DNA from: Eledone cirrhosa
Lineage: Eukaryota
DNA: 64,000 bases
Direction of reading: 5' to 3'
NCBI GenBank assembly: GCA_964016885.1
Contig: OZ024742.1
Coordinates: forward strand, 291,834,001 to 291,898,000
The notes under the pieces are model-generated. The model made no database searches. It worked only from the letters and a program-made list of their open reading frames with translations, and was not told the origin of the DNA. Shown here one piece after another: positions 28,596 to 42,559 of the stretch. The translations under genes and the position numbers were made by a program. Within the stretch, counting starts at the first letter, position 1. Each line of letters starts with the position of its first letter.

Positions 28596-28939
28596 GTCTT
28601 ACTGAAGTATCAGATGATGTGGTGAGAGTGCTTGGCTATTCCAGCACCTCAACCTCGCTATCACCCGGTCTTACTGAAGTATAAGATGATGTTCTTAGTG
28701 GTGAGAGTCCTTGGCTATTCCAGTATCTCAACCTCGCTATCACCCGGTCTTACTGAAGTATAAGATGATGCTCTTAGTGGTGAGAGTCCTTGGCTATTCC
28801 AGCACCTCAACCTCGCTATCACCCGGTCTTACTGAAGTATAAGATGATGTTCTTAGTGGTGAGAGTGCTTGGTTATTCCAGCACCTCAACCTCGCTATCA
28901 CCCGGTCTTACTGAAGTATAAGATGATGTTCTTAGTGGT
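28596..28939. repeat. 79-bp minisatellite, about 4.4 copies
   Basis: Unit GTCTTACTGAAGTATAAGATGATGTTCTTAGTGGTGAGAGTGCTTGGCTATTCCAGCACCTCAACCTCGCTATCACCCG. The first copy is 7 nt shorter. Confidence 0.93.
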
Positions 28940-29967
28940 AATGCCGCGAGTGGGCTTGTCTCAATTTTTAAAGGGAAACCCCAGCATTCCCTGTGGTATT
29001 GTGTAATTGAAGCTAATGTCGTGTCTTTGCTTGGTTGCCTTAAAAAATGTTCAGAGAAAAAGCACTATCACATGAGACAATGCTGTGTCTTCGCTTGTCT
29101 CAATTTTTTTTAGAGGGAAATACCAACATTCCAAGTTGCAGTATGTAATTGAGACCTGGCTATCACCCGAGGCTACGCCTTGTCTTAATTTTTAGATGTG
29201 AACACCACCATTCTCTGTTGTAATGAGTAATTGAGGGGAGTGTCTATTTTTCTTTCATATTTTTTGTTCCCTGGTTTGTTTCTTTTGTAAATCATATTCT
29301 TTATATAAAATAGAACCGTAAATTCAAGTTATGCATGATACACGGCTAGACAAGCCCATCTTTCGACAGGTCAACAAATAATTTTTTTTAAATATTTTTT
29401 TGAGAGAGAAAGAAAAAAAGACTTAGCCAGTATTCGACTGGTACTTTATCGGTCTAGAAGGGAAGAAATGCAAAGTGTATTTACATGTCTATAGATAAGT
29501 GCCATTTCCAAAATAACCAAATATTTGTAATTTTTTCTATTTTTTTTTTACCGGTTAAGTAAATCGTGATAAACTCTAATCCTGATATGTTTTTAGTTAT
29601 CAAATATCTTAACACATTCACACAGAAACACACATACGTTTGGATTCGCAAACACGAGGAAATGTGCTCAATACCAAAGTAGAGGGTGTGTTTATATATA
29701 TATATATATACACACACACATTCACGTGCGTGTGTGCATTATGTGATGAGAGAATATAAGCGGGCACACAGTTACAAAAATGCCCACAGCATTTGCAGTT
29801 TTAATTACACCACAATGCACCACCGACATTATTATCTACCAATATTGTCTTCTTTACCATTCCACTACTATTCCTACAATCTGAAATATTTCTAAATCTG
29901 TCAAACCCTTCTTGATAGATTTACAAATATTATATGAAAAATTAAATGAAAAAAGACAAAGTGAAAA

Positions 29968-29998
<31 letters not shown>

Positions 29999-31598
29999 TG
30001 TGTATGTATGCGCACACACATACACACAAGTATAGACAGTTATATCTGTATCTAGTATTGTGTAGAGAGGGGCACAGATTGACAGATATAAACATATATA
30101 TAGTCAATCTATTTATCTGTGTCTCTATATCTTATACATATTTATGTGTTAAATAGACTCAAAGGCCCTAAAGTCTCGTGCTACATCAAGTTTGACAAAT
30201 GGTTTGACAACGATAATCTAGGCACATGAACCAGTAAAGGAACATGTATTTGTTGTTGAACCACCGTCGTTAATGTCTAAGTGGTTGGGTATTCCAGGGA
30301 CACGTGCACCAATAACATAGTGCCTTAATATAGTTCTCAGGGAGATTCGGCGTGACACAATGTGACAAGACTCACATTGAATTGTAACTAATTTTTACCA
30401 TCGGGGGGGGGGGGGGGGGGCTGAGGCAATGTAAAGTAAAGAGTCTTACTCAAAGACACAACGCGCCGCCCAGTCAGTGAATCGAACTCGCGATCTTAAG
30501 ATTGTGAGCTCTCTAACCACAACGCCACGTATTATATATCTATACATATATGCACTCTTCAGCTGTATCACAGTTATGCACAGGGTAAAGCACGTGAACG
30601 TATGTAAGCAAGATGAGGTCCCTCAGCCCCCTCTGCAGCCTTTCAGCTGCTTTGAGAAGTAAACCCTAGCTAGCAGGGAAACAGGCGTTAGATGATTGTT
30701 TGTACACACACATATATATTTATAATTGTGCGCTAAACAGCCGAAATATACGATAAAGTTATATAAACAATAGATGAAACCGAGACTGCGTAAATGTGTA
30801 TATAAATTTACACATTTTAACATAGACATACAAACATACATATTTCCTTGTAAATTGAGAAACTGAGAAACCCTTTAACCACTTTTAAGCCTAGTTGGGA
30901 TTCCATCAGAAGGTATGTCCATCATCTAAACAACCACATTTAAATACAAAATCGACGAACCAATTACCCTATTATTAGCGCTCAAGTTGTTACAGGCGCG
31001 TGGCTTAGTGACTCGGGTATTCGATTACTTGAATACGCGGCGTGTTGTGTCCTTCAGCAAGGCATTATTTCATGTTGCTGGCAAAAATAAGTTATACCAG
31101 CATTTTCACACATAGTCACACTGAATCTCCCTGAGAACTACTTAATGTACACGTTAATTTCACGAGCATGCAGTTCCCTTGATTGAATCAACTGGAGCAC
31201 TCGTCCGTTGAAACGACGGAACCTAACATATCAATGAAATGGTATTGGCACCTTGGATGGAAGTTTCTTTAAGTATTTGGCTTATAAACAATTTCCTTCA
31301 TTTTCAACATTGAAGTAATGATTACGAACTACACACATACACATCAAGTATATACATAAATATATATTCACATACATATACTTGTATGTGTACATACATA
31401 TATACACACATACGCGTTTGTATATATATATATATATATATATACACACAAACATATAAACACCTGTCTGTATGTGTATGAATAGGTATGACTGAAAATG
31501 TGACAGAGATGTTCAGTAAAAAAAAGCCGGAGAATTATTCAGCGAGACGATTTACACACACAGACAACTGTGTGTATACATATACACACACAGAGACA

Positions 31599-31637
<39 letters not shown>

Positions 31638-31717
31638 GTAGAGGTTATATTTAATTTGTTGGGATACAAAATATTTTTATAACTAATATAAAGCACTCAA
31701 CAAATTGGAGTAAATAT

Positions 31718-31985
31718 ACAATATATTAACAAATGGAAACTATATTTATAAAACCATATTTATTTCATTATACGTATTTCAAGGGCCACCAAGGCAAACT
31801 ATCCAGGAGATTCCAACCAGAATGGTTGCATTTTTTCAGGGTATGTCAATATTTATTTATAAAACTAACTATATTATATTTTATCTGATGAAAGCGCACC
31901 ATAGTTTGCCTTGGTGGCCCTTGAAATATGTATAATGAAATAAATATGGTTTTATAAATATAGTTTCCATTTGTTAATATATTGT
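31718..31985. mobile_element. Penelope-like pseudo-LTR remnant with inverted duplication (about 85-bp arms)
   Basis: 31718-31802 is the near-perfect reverse complement of 31901-31985, and the segment contains the hammerhead. Confidence 0.65.
31877..31942 (+). ncRNA. Type I hammerhead ribozyme (Penelope pseudo-LTR type)
   Basis: Stem I TATTTTAT/ATGAAATA. Core CTGATGA at 31885-31891. Stem II AAG..CACCA/TGGTG..CTT. GAAA at 31923-31926. Short near-palindromic stem III ATATGTAT. AUA cleavage triplet ending at 31934. Confidence 0.75.
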
Positions 31986-33052
31986 GTATATATATATATA
32001 TATATAATGTTATGTGTGTCTGTGCCATAACTAAAATAACGCAACTGCACAGAGAGAGAGTGAGGGGGGAGGGGTTAAATTAGAATGACAAATACAGTGC
32101 GTGCGCGTGTATCAAATATTAAATAACTGTAAACAAACACTATTTTATGTACGTGTATATATACACACATGAGTATATATATGTGTGTGTGTGCGCGCGC
32201 GAAACGATTCGTTAATGCATCCTTGGATGAAACAGAAAAGAAGTCACGTACAAAACGATCCAATGTGATGTTAAACTCCTGAAAGTAATAATATATTTAT
32301 ATAAAACTAGCAGAGCAAGGGATCTCAATGCCCAGAGAGAAGGCACCATAAGCGCCTTTACCTTTAACATCAATGACACACACCAGAGAAATTTTTGCGC
32401 TCTTTCACACCTGCGCTCGCGAAGTGATTTGCTCCTCTTCGCAACTCTGTTGCGAAATCTCTGATACACACACACATACATACAGGCACGTTATATTGGC
32501 AAGACATCACATTTAAAGGAATGACAAACGACTAAACGATAATAATCTATATTCTAATATACAAAATGTGTTTATCAATAAATATTAGTTCCAATTTTAG
32601 GCTTTAGTAACATAAATAATAACTGGCGTGAAACATGTTGAAAATATTTAAAAGAAAAGAATAATAAAAGTTTGTTTTTTTGTAAACTAATTCATTCATA
32701 TTGCGTTTATGCGTGTGTGTGTGTAGAATATATGTATTGTGTATACATAAGTACACATATACGTTGACATACATGTGTATACGTTATATATGTATTCACA
32801 TACTTAAACATACAAACTATATATGTGTTTGAGTGTATGTAAACATACATATATACACATACATTTATATACAATAATATAAATTCTTCTCTCTTTTATC
32901 GCACATATACATATGTTTATGCGTGTGAGCATACACATTCATACATATATATTTATAAACATACAATATATATTTACATAGATATGTGGTGTCTTTACAC
33001 ATTTATATACATATTATATATAATCATTTTTGTTCCTCATTTTATGATTTAC

Positions 33053-33160
33053 CTGAAAATGTTTGTTGCCGGTAAATAAAATCCTAGAAGCTGTAAGTGG
33101 CGAGCAGCAGGAGGTTCGTCCAATAACAGACAGCACCTTACTGGCTGTACTCGCTGCCAT
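33053..33160 (-). CDS. Candidate first coding exon, MAASTASKVLSVIGRTSCCSPLTASRILFTGNKHFQ (mitochondrial presequence-like)
   Basis: ATG in GACATGG context, 36 codons, phase-0 donor CAG|GTAAAT. The peptide is rich in S/T/A/R/K with no acidic residues and lies in non-repetitive sequence. Confidence 0.6.
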
Positions 33161-34857
33161 GTCTACTATACACACTACTGACTTAACTCGGTTGCTTTCC
33201 TTCTTCTCTCTATCTCGCTTGGCCACCAACTACTACTATTACTACCACTACTACACCACATGAAGCACCTGCCGCTGCTGATTATTATTACCAGCTATTT
33301 ATGTATGTATGCTGTAGTAGTAGTAGCAGCATTTACTACTATAGCTATTATTACTACGACTACTATCACTCTTTTCGCAGATTCTTTTACTATGGTGCAA
33401 GCTAGCTAAAAGCTCTTAAACTACTTCGTAGTCAACTGCAAGCCTGCTTCATATTCTACTGCAAGTTTACTTCCCATTCCACTGCTATCCTACTTCATAT
33501 TCCACTGTAATTCAACTGCTCTATAACCAACTGTTACTGGTTTTCATTCCACTGCAATCAACGAGATGTTGCAGTAGTAGCTTGCATAACTAAAACATTG
33601 TTGCTTTATTATCTCCCCTTGTATAATTTTGCATGCATTCATTATCGTCCATCTAAAATAAAGCTACTACTATTTTATTTTCCTCCCACCATTATTTTTC
33701 AAAATTCACACATTTTACTTCAAGAAAACATTTAAAACAATGAATATAATTTTTTGACGCATATAATAAATATCCATATGATGCATACTAAATTAGTAGG
33801 AAAATCCGCATGTACGAGAATGTGCGATATCTTTCGTGATTTATTCCGACTAGTTCTGTTTCTACCTTTTCCTTTACCTCTCTCTAAATATTTATATATC
33901 TCTCTCTTCTCTCATCTACCCCTTCGTCGTTACAATGTGTCGCTCGCTCTTTCCATATTTCGTTTATATTGTCTACTCTTTCTAATATATCTTTCTCCTT
34001 CTTCACTATAACTAGTTTCCTTGTTCATCCCTCCAGCCGCTACCACCAATAGACATAGTAAGACCCCTCTCTCTTTCTCTATATTGAGATACATACATAA
34101 ATGTACACAAACATACATAATTATGTATATTTATATATATGTATATAGTATTTGACACTACCTTCGTGTATTATACATACACACGCTAACACTTATGTGG
34201 TCGATACCAATAGTATCAAAGAGAGAGTGATTTCAATGTTTATGTGATTTTCAATCACACACACATATATGTATATACACATATATATTGTGAGACCTAT
34301 CACCTTAATTACTTTACCCAGTGTCAGCTCTACTAATTGACTTGTGTGTTATGTTTAATGTCCCAACGACTAACACCACACCATTAATTACTACAGTATT
34401 ATTTTGACCGCAGACATCAGCGATACTACATTCATTTACAGACATACCAGCAACCACAACAAAAATAAGACGAAGAACAACATATTTATTTAATTTTAAT
34501 TAATTTATATTTGCATGTGGATGGTTTTATAACAACATTATAGTTATTAATATTAGTAGTATTTTTTTTTCGTTGTCGTGTTATAACTATATATCACACT
34601 ACAGAACACAAATTACACAAACGAAGAATTTTCCATCGCAAATGAAGAAGAGAGAAAGAGAGAGAGCGAGGGTTTGACGACAATATATAAATATATTTTC
34701 ATATATATATATATATATATATTTAATTTATTTGAGCGACAACAAGAGATATATAAATATATCTATCTATCTATATATCTATTTATATATATATATACAC
34801 ACACACACATTTACTATTTTACAATATATAAACACAGAATATACAATATAACCAGCG
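33161..34857. promoter_or_regulatory. Putative shared promoter/5' UTR interval between divergent genes
   Basis: Lies between two divergent candidate ATG exons and lacks the SINE/LINE copies that fill the rest of the window. Inference only. Confidence 0.4.
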
Positions 34858-34911
34858 ATGGCAGAAATTCGGCAGAGATTTCCTACCGAAAATGAAGAAG
34901 CGAAGAATAAG
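34858..34911 (+). CDS. Candidate first coding exon, MAEIRQRFPTENEEAKNK
   Basis: GCGATGG Kozak-like start, 18 codons, phase-0 donor AAG|GTAAAG. No downstream exon recognised in the window. Confidence 0.5.
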
Positions 34912-36514
34912 GTAAAGTTTGTGTCAACCAAAAAAAATAATAATGACCCCCACCCAGTCTAAGAACACATATATATATATATATATATATATGCATAATG
35001 TCTAAAGCTCGTATTCGTAGTCTCCGCACTAGCATGTATATATGTATACATATGTGTAAAATATATATACATTAGTGTAAATTTATATATATGTGTGTGT
35101 GTATATATATGTATGTGTATATTATATATATACATTCATATATACACACGTGTGTATGCACCTTACATTCCTGTACATGTTTACACAATATCAAACGACT
35201 CTCGTCTTTTATTTACCCCTGTAGCCAACAAAGAAATCATATCATTATTATTGTTTTCTATTCTATCCTATTCCATTCCGTTCTTATACTCACCAAATTC
35301 TTTCTTTTGATTGTACTGTGTTACATTTTGTTATTTATTTACCTTTACACCTTAGTAGCATGTTTCACATTAATTTTTCCTTCGTAGTCAATATATATTT
35401 ATTTATATACAAATCCTACCTTAATTAATCGAACTAACTTCGATCACCTATGTTTTGTATTGACTAAACTGCAGTGTGTATTTGATTTGATTTTTCTTTT
35501 TTACCAAATAGATGAGAAACTTGTTGAAGCGTTCTCTCATGCTATGGAACTTTTAAAATCTCTGTAGTTCCGTTTCTCTACCATATTGTTTATATCCGAC
35601 AAAGATATACAGACTTCCTGTTCCAAAGATACCATTCTTAATACAACCAATGAAACCTCTTCCTCTTTCAATGTGTGTGTGTGTGTGTATACGAGGTGGA
35701 AGCAACGAATATATATATATATATATATTCGTTGCTTATATATATATATATATATTCGTTGCTTCCACCTCGTATATATAGCTACAATATTCCTTCTTAA
35801 CCATTATCAGAACCACGACGAACTTCTCTCTACACAGTCTTTCTACCTCATATATAATTTATGGTTTCTACGTAACTAATATTGTTTCAAATATTCATGG
35901 TCAACGAGTTATTTCTGTAGAAGCCACTCTAAATAAAATAAAACTAAGTACCTTCTTTACTCGATGTATTGAGTACAGTGGCATGCAGAGGCGTGGTGAT
36001 ACCCGGGATAACCCATTGATTGTATGCTGCTAAAAGAGGGCCTAATACTGAGAAATGTGAGCAAGGAAGACATTTTAAATGCGTAAAAACAGATGAAACA
36101 CGAAATGAACACTCATTCAAATTTAAATTCTGTTCCCAAAATGAGATCTGTAAGAAAACGAGTATACACATCATTGCCTGAGTTTGTCTCTGCATAAAGC
36201 ATCAAATTTCAAGTTAATAAATTTTCACAGCTTTTTGATTTGTGCGGAAAACGGCGCAGATTCTAGATGCTGCCCTCAGTAGTCATTTTGAATGGAGAAC
36301 CCTATGTAACTCTTTGATTTGATACCTCCACCACCTGCACCGATATTGGCGTTGTGGCCCATCGCACTCTGTGCCCTCTCTCCATCTCTGCATGTTACTG
36401 ATTGAGTGCCTTACTTTAATAGTGTGGTTTCCTTCTTTTCTTTAACGAAAAGGATTCTATGTGTGTGTATGTATATATATATATATATATATATATCTAT
36501 ATCAAAGCATAAAT

Positions 36515-37106
36515 GAACTGAGAAATTAGGTACAAGAGGGATCAGAGAAGACTACGTTGGTATGGCCACGTGATGCGCATGAAAGACGACAGCTGTATAA
36601 AAAAGTGCAGGGCGATCAAAATTGATGGAAGTTACGGAGTAGGCAGACTGACGATTTGATAAATTCCGACCTTACACATTTACACCTCTCTAAGACAATG
36701 TCGCTGGACCGAGATCTTTGGCGCTATGCAGTAATACAGAAAACCCGCCTTGCCTAAGTACAAAGCGAAACCTACAGTCAGTAGGCACCTCTTAATTAAA
36801 TATACACACCCCTCTCATTACCCCTTTCTCTGTAAAGTTATGTTGGTACTACAACATCCAGTCCTAAATAAATGAGGTTGTGTAAAAAAACTCAGTCCAC
36901 GCTGTAATGTGGCCGTGTAGGTAACACGGTAAAAACCTCCCAGTCCACACTGTAAACGTGGTTGGTGTTAGGAAGGGCATCCAGCCGTAGAAAACCTGCC
37001 AGACAGTCCTATAGGAGCAAGACAACCAATCTTGCCTCAAGTGGAACAATTCCCGTCTAAACCCATGCTAGCATGGAAGATAGACGTTAAACGATGATGA
37101 TGATGA
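36515..37106 (+). mobile_element. 5'-truncated RTE LINE 3' end
   Basis: Collinear with 59830-60500 (RLRWYGHVMRM, 3' UTR, GAT tail). Confidence 0.9.
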
Positions 37107-37528
37107 TATATATACACACAAGGGTTGGACATGTCCTCACAGACCGAGTCAGTACTCAAGTGGTGCTACTGACCATTACATACAGTCCTGCACTCAATAG
37201 AGTGCATGTTATCAAGACACTAACACTAAGGGTGTTGTTATATCTTAGACGCAGCTCACCAGCCTTTGTTTGGCAAGTTTTCAACATCTGGATGCCCTTT
37301 CTATCACCAATCACCTTACTGGATGTACTGGGTGTGTTTATCATGTAGATCACCAACACTAGGGAGGTTGTCATGTCTTCGACACAACTGAAGGATCTTT
37401 CTAACAAGTTTTCTATGGCTGGGTGCCCTCACCAGCCTCTTCAGTGTGTACTCAGTCTGTTTATCATTTAGATCACTAACACTAGGGAGATTATTGTGCC
37501 ATTGACACAACTAAAGGGTCCTCTAGAC

Positions 37529-37694
37529 CAGTGGTTCTAAAAGTGGGTTCTGCAAAGGAATATCTACGGTTCCGTGAAAAAAGTAGGGGAGTATATTTAC
37601 ATTATGAGCATATAGCAATATTAGACTTTGGGGTTCCCCCCAAAGTTTCCAAACCAAAAAGGGTTCTGCGTTTGAAAAAGTTTGGGAAACCCTA
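37529..37694. mobile_element. hAT (Charlie-like) MITE
   Basis: TIRs CAGTGGTTCTAAAA / TTTGGGAAACCCTA. 8-bp TSD CTCTAGAC (37521-37528) and TTCTAGAC (37695-37702), matching the NTCTAGAN preference. Confidence 0.82.
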
Positions 37695-38199
37695 TTCTAG
37701 ACATTTTTTTTTTTTTTTTGCATCGTTTCTCACAGTGTGGTGGTGTTGGTGTGAGGGGGGGGGTCTTTCTATTGCCAACTGTCTTGGAGAATTTTCATGG
37801 CACCAACTCTAGAGAGGTTGCCAGGTTTTGTCCCAGAAGTAAAAAAATGATAAGTATGATGTTATAGGTGTATGACATGCTTGGTGGAAATTGGCAGGTT
37901 GATGAAAGTGGAATGTTGACTTCTGATAGCATAAAGGAGAGAGTTGGTAAAGTGGTGTCAGGATTTTAGAGGGAGGGTGTAGTGAGTGTGAGAACAGCTG
38001 CTGTGATAGTGGAGGTGTGTAGATGGAGTGGTTGATAGCCTAAGAATGTGCATTCAACAGTGCCAGAATTTTAGGTGGGTTGTGTAGTGATGATGATAAT
38101 AGCTAAGGAGTGATAGGTGTGTTACTAAGTTGGGGGTGTACAGAGATGGAGAGAATAACTAATGAGGAATGCCAGTGGAAGGTGGGGCATAAGCATGGG

Positions 38200-38700
38200 T
38201 CAAATCACATTTATGTTGGTAGATATGTATTCTCTAGTACAACATATTGCCAATTCTTACAGTCCTTTGTCATCTCCATTGTGAGGTTCAACTTCTTAAG
38301 GTTGGTCTTCACTACTGCATTCCAAATATTCCTGGGTCTGCCTCTTCCATGGCTTCCAACTACTGAGATTTGTTCATACAGTTGTCATCTTCCATATGCA
38401 TCACATATCCATACAAATGAAGTCTTATTTTGCACACACCATCTAATTCCTTTTATACCAAGTTGTTTCTCTCAGTTCTCTCTTGCTTTGTCATTCAGGC
38501 ACACTAACATTACATATCCGTCGGAGCATATTCACTTCATTTCCTTCTAGCCTTTGCAGATCTACTGCAGTCAAAGCCCATATTTCACTGTCATAGCATT
38601 GCAGTTTGCATTGTAGGCATCCTGCAATCTAGACTTCACTCTGAGAGAGAAGCCCTTTGTTGTCAGCTGAGGCACCAACTCCCTAAACTTCTTCCAGCCT
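38200..38700 (-). mobile_element. Degraded RTE C-terminal fragment
   Basis: Minus-strand remnants of GWKKFRELVP, GFSLRVK and GRPR. Confidence 0.75.
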
Positions 38701-39020
38701 AGCTAAATAAATTTGAAGATGGTCTGATAAATATTAAAACAATATATATATTAAATTTAAAAGCAAACTTTCTATAAAAAAACCTTTTCCTAAAAGATTT
38801 GGTTACCACAATAATTGATTTAGAAAGGCAATGCTGACAAAACTAAAAATATTTACAATTTAGGCATGGATTCTTATTTACAATGAACTCATAAATAACT
38901 ATAGAAAAACTAACCATAATAATTTAAATATTAATAAAGAAGGGGAAAATATTGTACAATAATTAGATCTGGCCTAATACACAGAACAATACATATAGAC
39001 CAAGAAGCCCTAGGTTTACT

Positions 39021-39233
39021 TTAACCCTTTAGCATTAAATCCGACCAGAATTCTCTCACCTCTTTCTATTGAAACAAGCCTTAACTGGCTGTAACTGGCT
39101 GCTCACTCTGACGTTAAAGTATTATTCTCAAAATAAATATCAACATCTTGTAGATTTGATATTATGTGAGGTAAAGCATTTTCTGTGAAAATACAATTGT
39201 AAATATAGAGTAATGTAAAGGCTAAAGGGTTAA
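39021..39233. mobile_element. piggyBac-type MITE family 1
   Basis: TTAA-CCCTTTAGC ... GCTAAAGGG-TTAA with the same internal sequence. Confidence 0.83.
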
Positions 39234-40331
39234 CAGACCAGTTCAAGTTGTGTCTAATATGACAAAGCTGTTTTTTTAATATTATTGATTAACATTTCTC
39301 TTGTGACCATAGATGCCATAAGGTTATTAATAAAATACAATTAAACTTTTTGCACATAATATAGCCTTTAGTAGCCATAGTTTAACAGAATTTATAGCCT
39401 TTAGTAACCAAAGAAGAATGAATCAACATATAGATAACTCCAATATCTGTACAAGTGAATTTATATTAAGTAATCCATTAGTTAATTTAGATTAAAAGAG
39501 AATAAACTGAAACAGTAAATAGTGTATCTAATAACAATATAAATTCCAACTTTACCCTTAACAAGTCCAACCAAGATAAGATATGTATAATATGTACAAA
39601 TAGTAAAATTGCTAATTTAAAGTGTAACTGCAGAATACCTAGACACTGCTTGCTTGAAGGTCATTTGTCTTTGGGAAAATGTAGTATATAAATGTAATCA
39701 TTACTGCAAATAAACACTATTATATAGGTGCCAGTTCTAACTCATTTAAGATCAGGTACTATTTACACTTTCATTCTTTTAAGCATGAAAATTAGAAAAA
39801 TTCTACTTCACTTGCACAATTTATTTAGGGTTTTCACAGTTCCGATATTCAATATAGCCTTTAATGGTCTATTATTAACACAGCTGAACCTTATAAAGAT
39901 GGTAGATCTGAATGTAATTTGTGGTAAACTGGCCTTAGGAATAACTTGGTCTTATTCTAAACTTTTGAATTGAAAAAATGAGACCGTTTCCTGCATGTAT
40001 TAATTTCCATTTTCTTCATTTGATCCTACGTAAGTATAACAAGGGGGATTGTGAGCACATCATAAATAAAATCTGATCTTCTTTGCCCAATTTTTATGAC
40101 TAAATTCTCTGAAGATAGTCACCTCCCACTTCATGTTGGAAATTTAACTTATAGAATACTTTATGTATTTCTAATTTCTTTGGTTTAATCCTTTATATAT
40201 TGAAATCTTTGGTTCTCTTATGAATTACCTAATTGTGTATAGCAATAATTTAATATATAATAAATGATTTTAACTTCATTTGAATCATTATAGGTAGATA
40301 AGTGCAATGCCATTAATGACTTATTCTTTAA

Positions 40332-40362
<31 letters not shown>

Positions 40363-41628
40363 GAATATAAATATATATGAATATAAATAAATAGAATTTC
40401 TTAAAGAATAAGTTATAATTTATGCCTATTAATATATTCGATTTTATTATAATTTTTTCAAAACCACAACTTAAATTTAATTTCTCACGTAGATAGATAG
40501 TCACTTAACCACAAAAAATTTTAGCTAAACAACAATAATACCTCTATAAAGAAAAAAAGATTCCTCAACAGTAAATTGTTGATGATATCCCACATTCTGT
40601 CTACAAATCTTAGCTTTTAATTGTCAGTTAAATTTTCACCTTCATAGTTGCCTATATATTTAATAAAATGGATATATTTTGTAACATTTTTAGTTAATTT
40701 CTAATTCATTATTAGTTTAGTATAGCAGATTATTTACTTTGATATTCTGTTGTTTCTAATATATCATATGCATCACATATCCATATACAATTTTTTACAC
40801 TCTTTCTCTAAACCTCACACTAAGTTGATGTTTTTGTCGTTTAAATTTAGCATCTCCTTATAAAATCTAGCTACATACATTTTTTTTCAGTTATTGTAAT
40901 ATTTGGATTTTTTATCCTTGAGGTTCCTATAGTTTTTGCATATTTTATTATGTCTGAGGATACATGTTTAAGTGAAATTAAGAGTTAAAGGTAAATTCCT
41001 TATGTCAATGCTCAGATTTTAATATATATAGACATGGCTCTTTAAGCCATAGTGAAGGCAACCTGTCTAGGAGAATAGGCGCTCAAAATGAAAACTAACA
41101 CAGGATAGAGAGGACTCTTGAGTTCAATAAGACAACCTCTCTAGTACTGGTGGCATGGAAAATGCACCTAGTCCATACTGTAAAGTGGTTGGTGAAAGGA
41201 AGGGCATCCAACCAGAAAACCTGTTCCAAAAACATCATCATCATCATGTTCAATCCATGCAAGCATGCAAAAACGGACATAAAAACAATTACAATGATGA
41301 TGATTTCTATATATTAATGTAACTCGCCCATTCTATTTTCCATCTTTTCCTGTTGAAACATATATAAGACAAATAAAATGTCTGAAATTTCTTTATCTTA
41401 TTTGGCTATCCATTAGTATTTAATTGGTCTGTGCATCTGCATTTATACAACATTTATACAGAATTATTTACTTAAAGTTTAATTCCAATTCCATATGGAT
41501 TATACCTCTGATGAATTGGTTCATTGTCTTTACTGATTGTTGAACCACATCAAGCTTGAAATTTTGTTGGCATAACTTTACTCACCAGCACTTTTACCCT
41601 TTATATATATATCACCACCATTTTACCA

Positions 41629-41951
41629 TTTTACGTCTGCTTTTCCCTGCTTACAAGGGTGGGACTGGAATTGATTCTGGGTGATTGATTCTACAGCTGG
41701 ATGCCCATCCTAACACCAACCTCATTTACAGTGAGTGGTGGGTGCTTTTTTGCTGTGGCACCTCCACGACCACTTTGCAGTGGAATAATATGGGCCCCAG
41801 TCCCTATCATCTCATTTCTACAGCTGAGTAAACTGGAGCAATGTGAAATAAAGTGTCTTGCTCAAGGAAACAACACATCACCCGATCTGAGAATTGAACT
41901 CACAAACTTTCGATTGCAAGGCCAATGCTCTAACCACTAAGCCATGTGCCT
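41629..41951 (-). mobile_element. SINE family B copy
   Basis: Reverse complement of the 51306 copy. Confidence 0.88.
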
Positions 41952-42161
41952 ATATATATATATATATATTATAATTGTGTTATTTAATTTTTGAAATGCT
42001 GCCTCCATTTGGCATTTGTGGGGAATTTAGCTTGATTGTTTTGCATAATCATTATGCTAACACGTGCCTACTGAAATAGTTTAAGTAGCAACTGAATCAG
42101 TATATAACCTCAATACTCTAAGTAGATCTAGATATGAGTTTAAAAAAAGAAGGAAGAAAGT

Positions 42162-42220
<59 letters not shown>

Positions 42221-42559
42221 TATATACATACACCCTGCAGGTCTTATGTGTGAAATCAGTGGAGTTAATCTGAGAGATCATTCTCCTCACCACTGTCAGC
42301 TAAACAATTATCTGGTTGCTCTCTTAAGCTGACTCATTATGGAAATTAACACCTAACTCTACCTTGAACTGTTTAACCAGTTCATGACAAATTTACCTCT
42401 AGTGCTGTTGCTCATTACCTGATGTAGCGTTGGAGACAATGATGGTGTAAATGAATTTTTGATGAGGAAAGTTCTAAAATAGCTGTGTTTTGCCTAAGAA
42501 ATCTTTTCGTTAGCTGAAGTTTGATAAATAAGATTGATCAGTTAAGTGTTGGGAATGGT

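Noticed and set aside
28596-28939. CRISPR-like periodic array (also 4781-5048)
   Set aside because: No unique spacers, whole units repeat, eukaryotic context, no cas genes.
32305-32360. Helitron 3' end (CTAG-T on the minus strand)
   Set aside because: Subterminal hairpin is weak and no matching 5' end was found.
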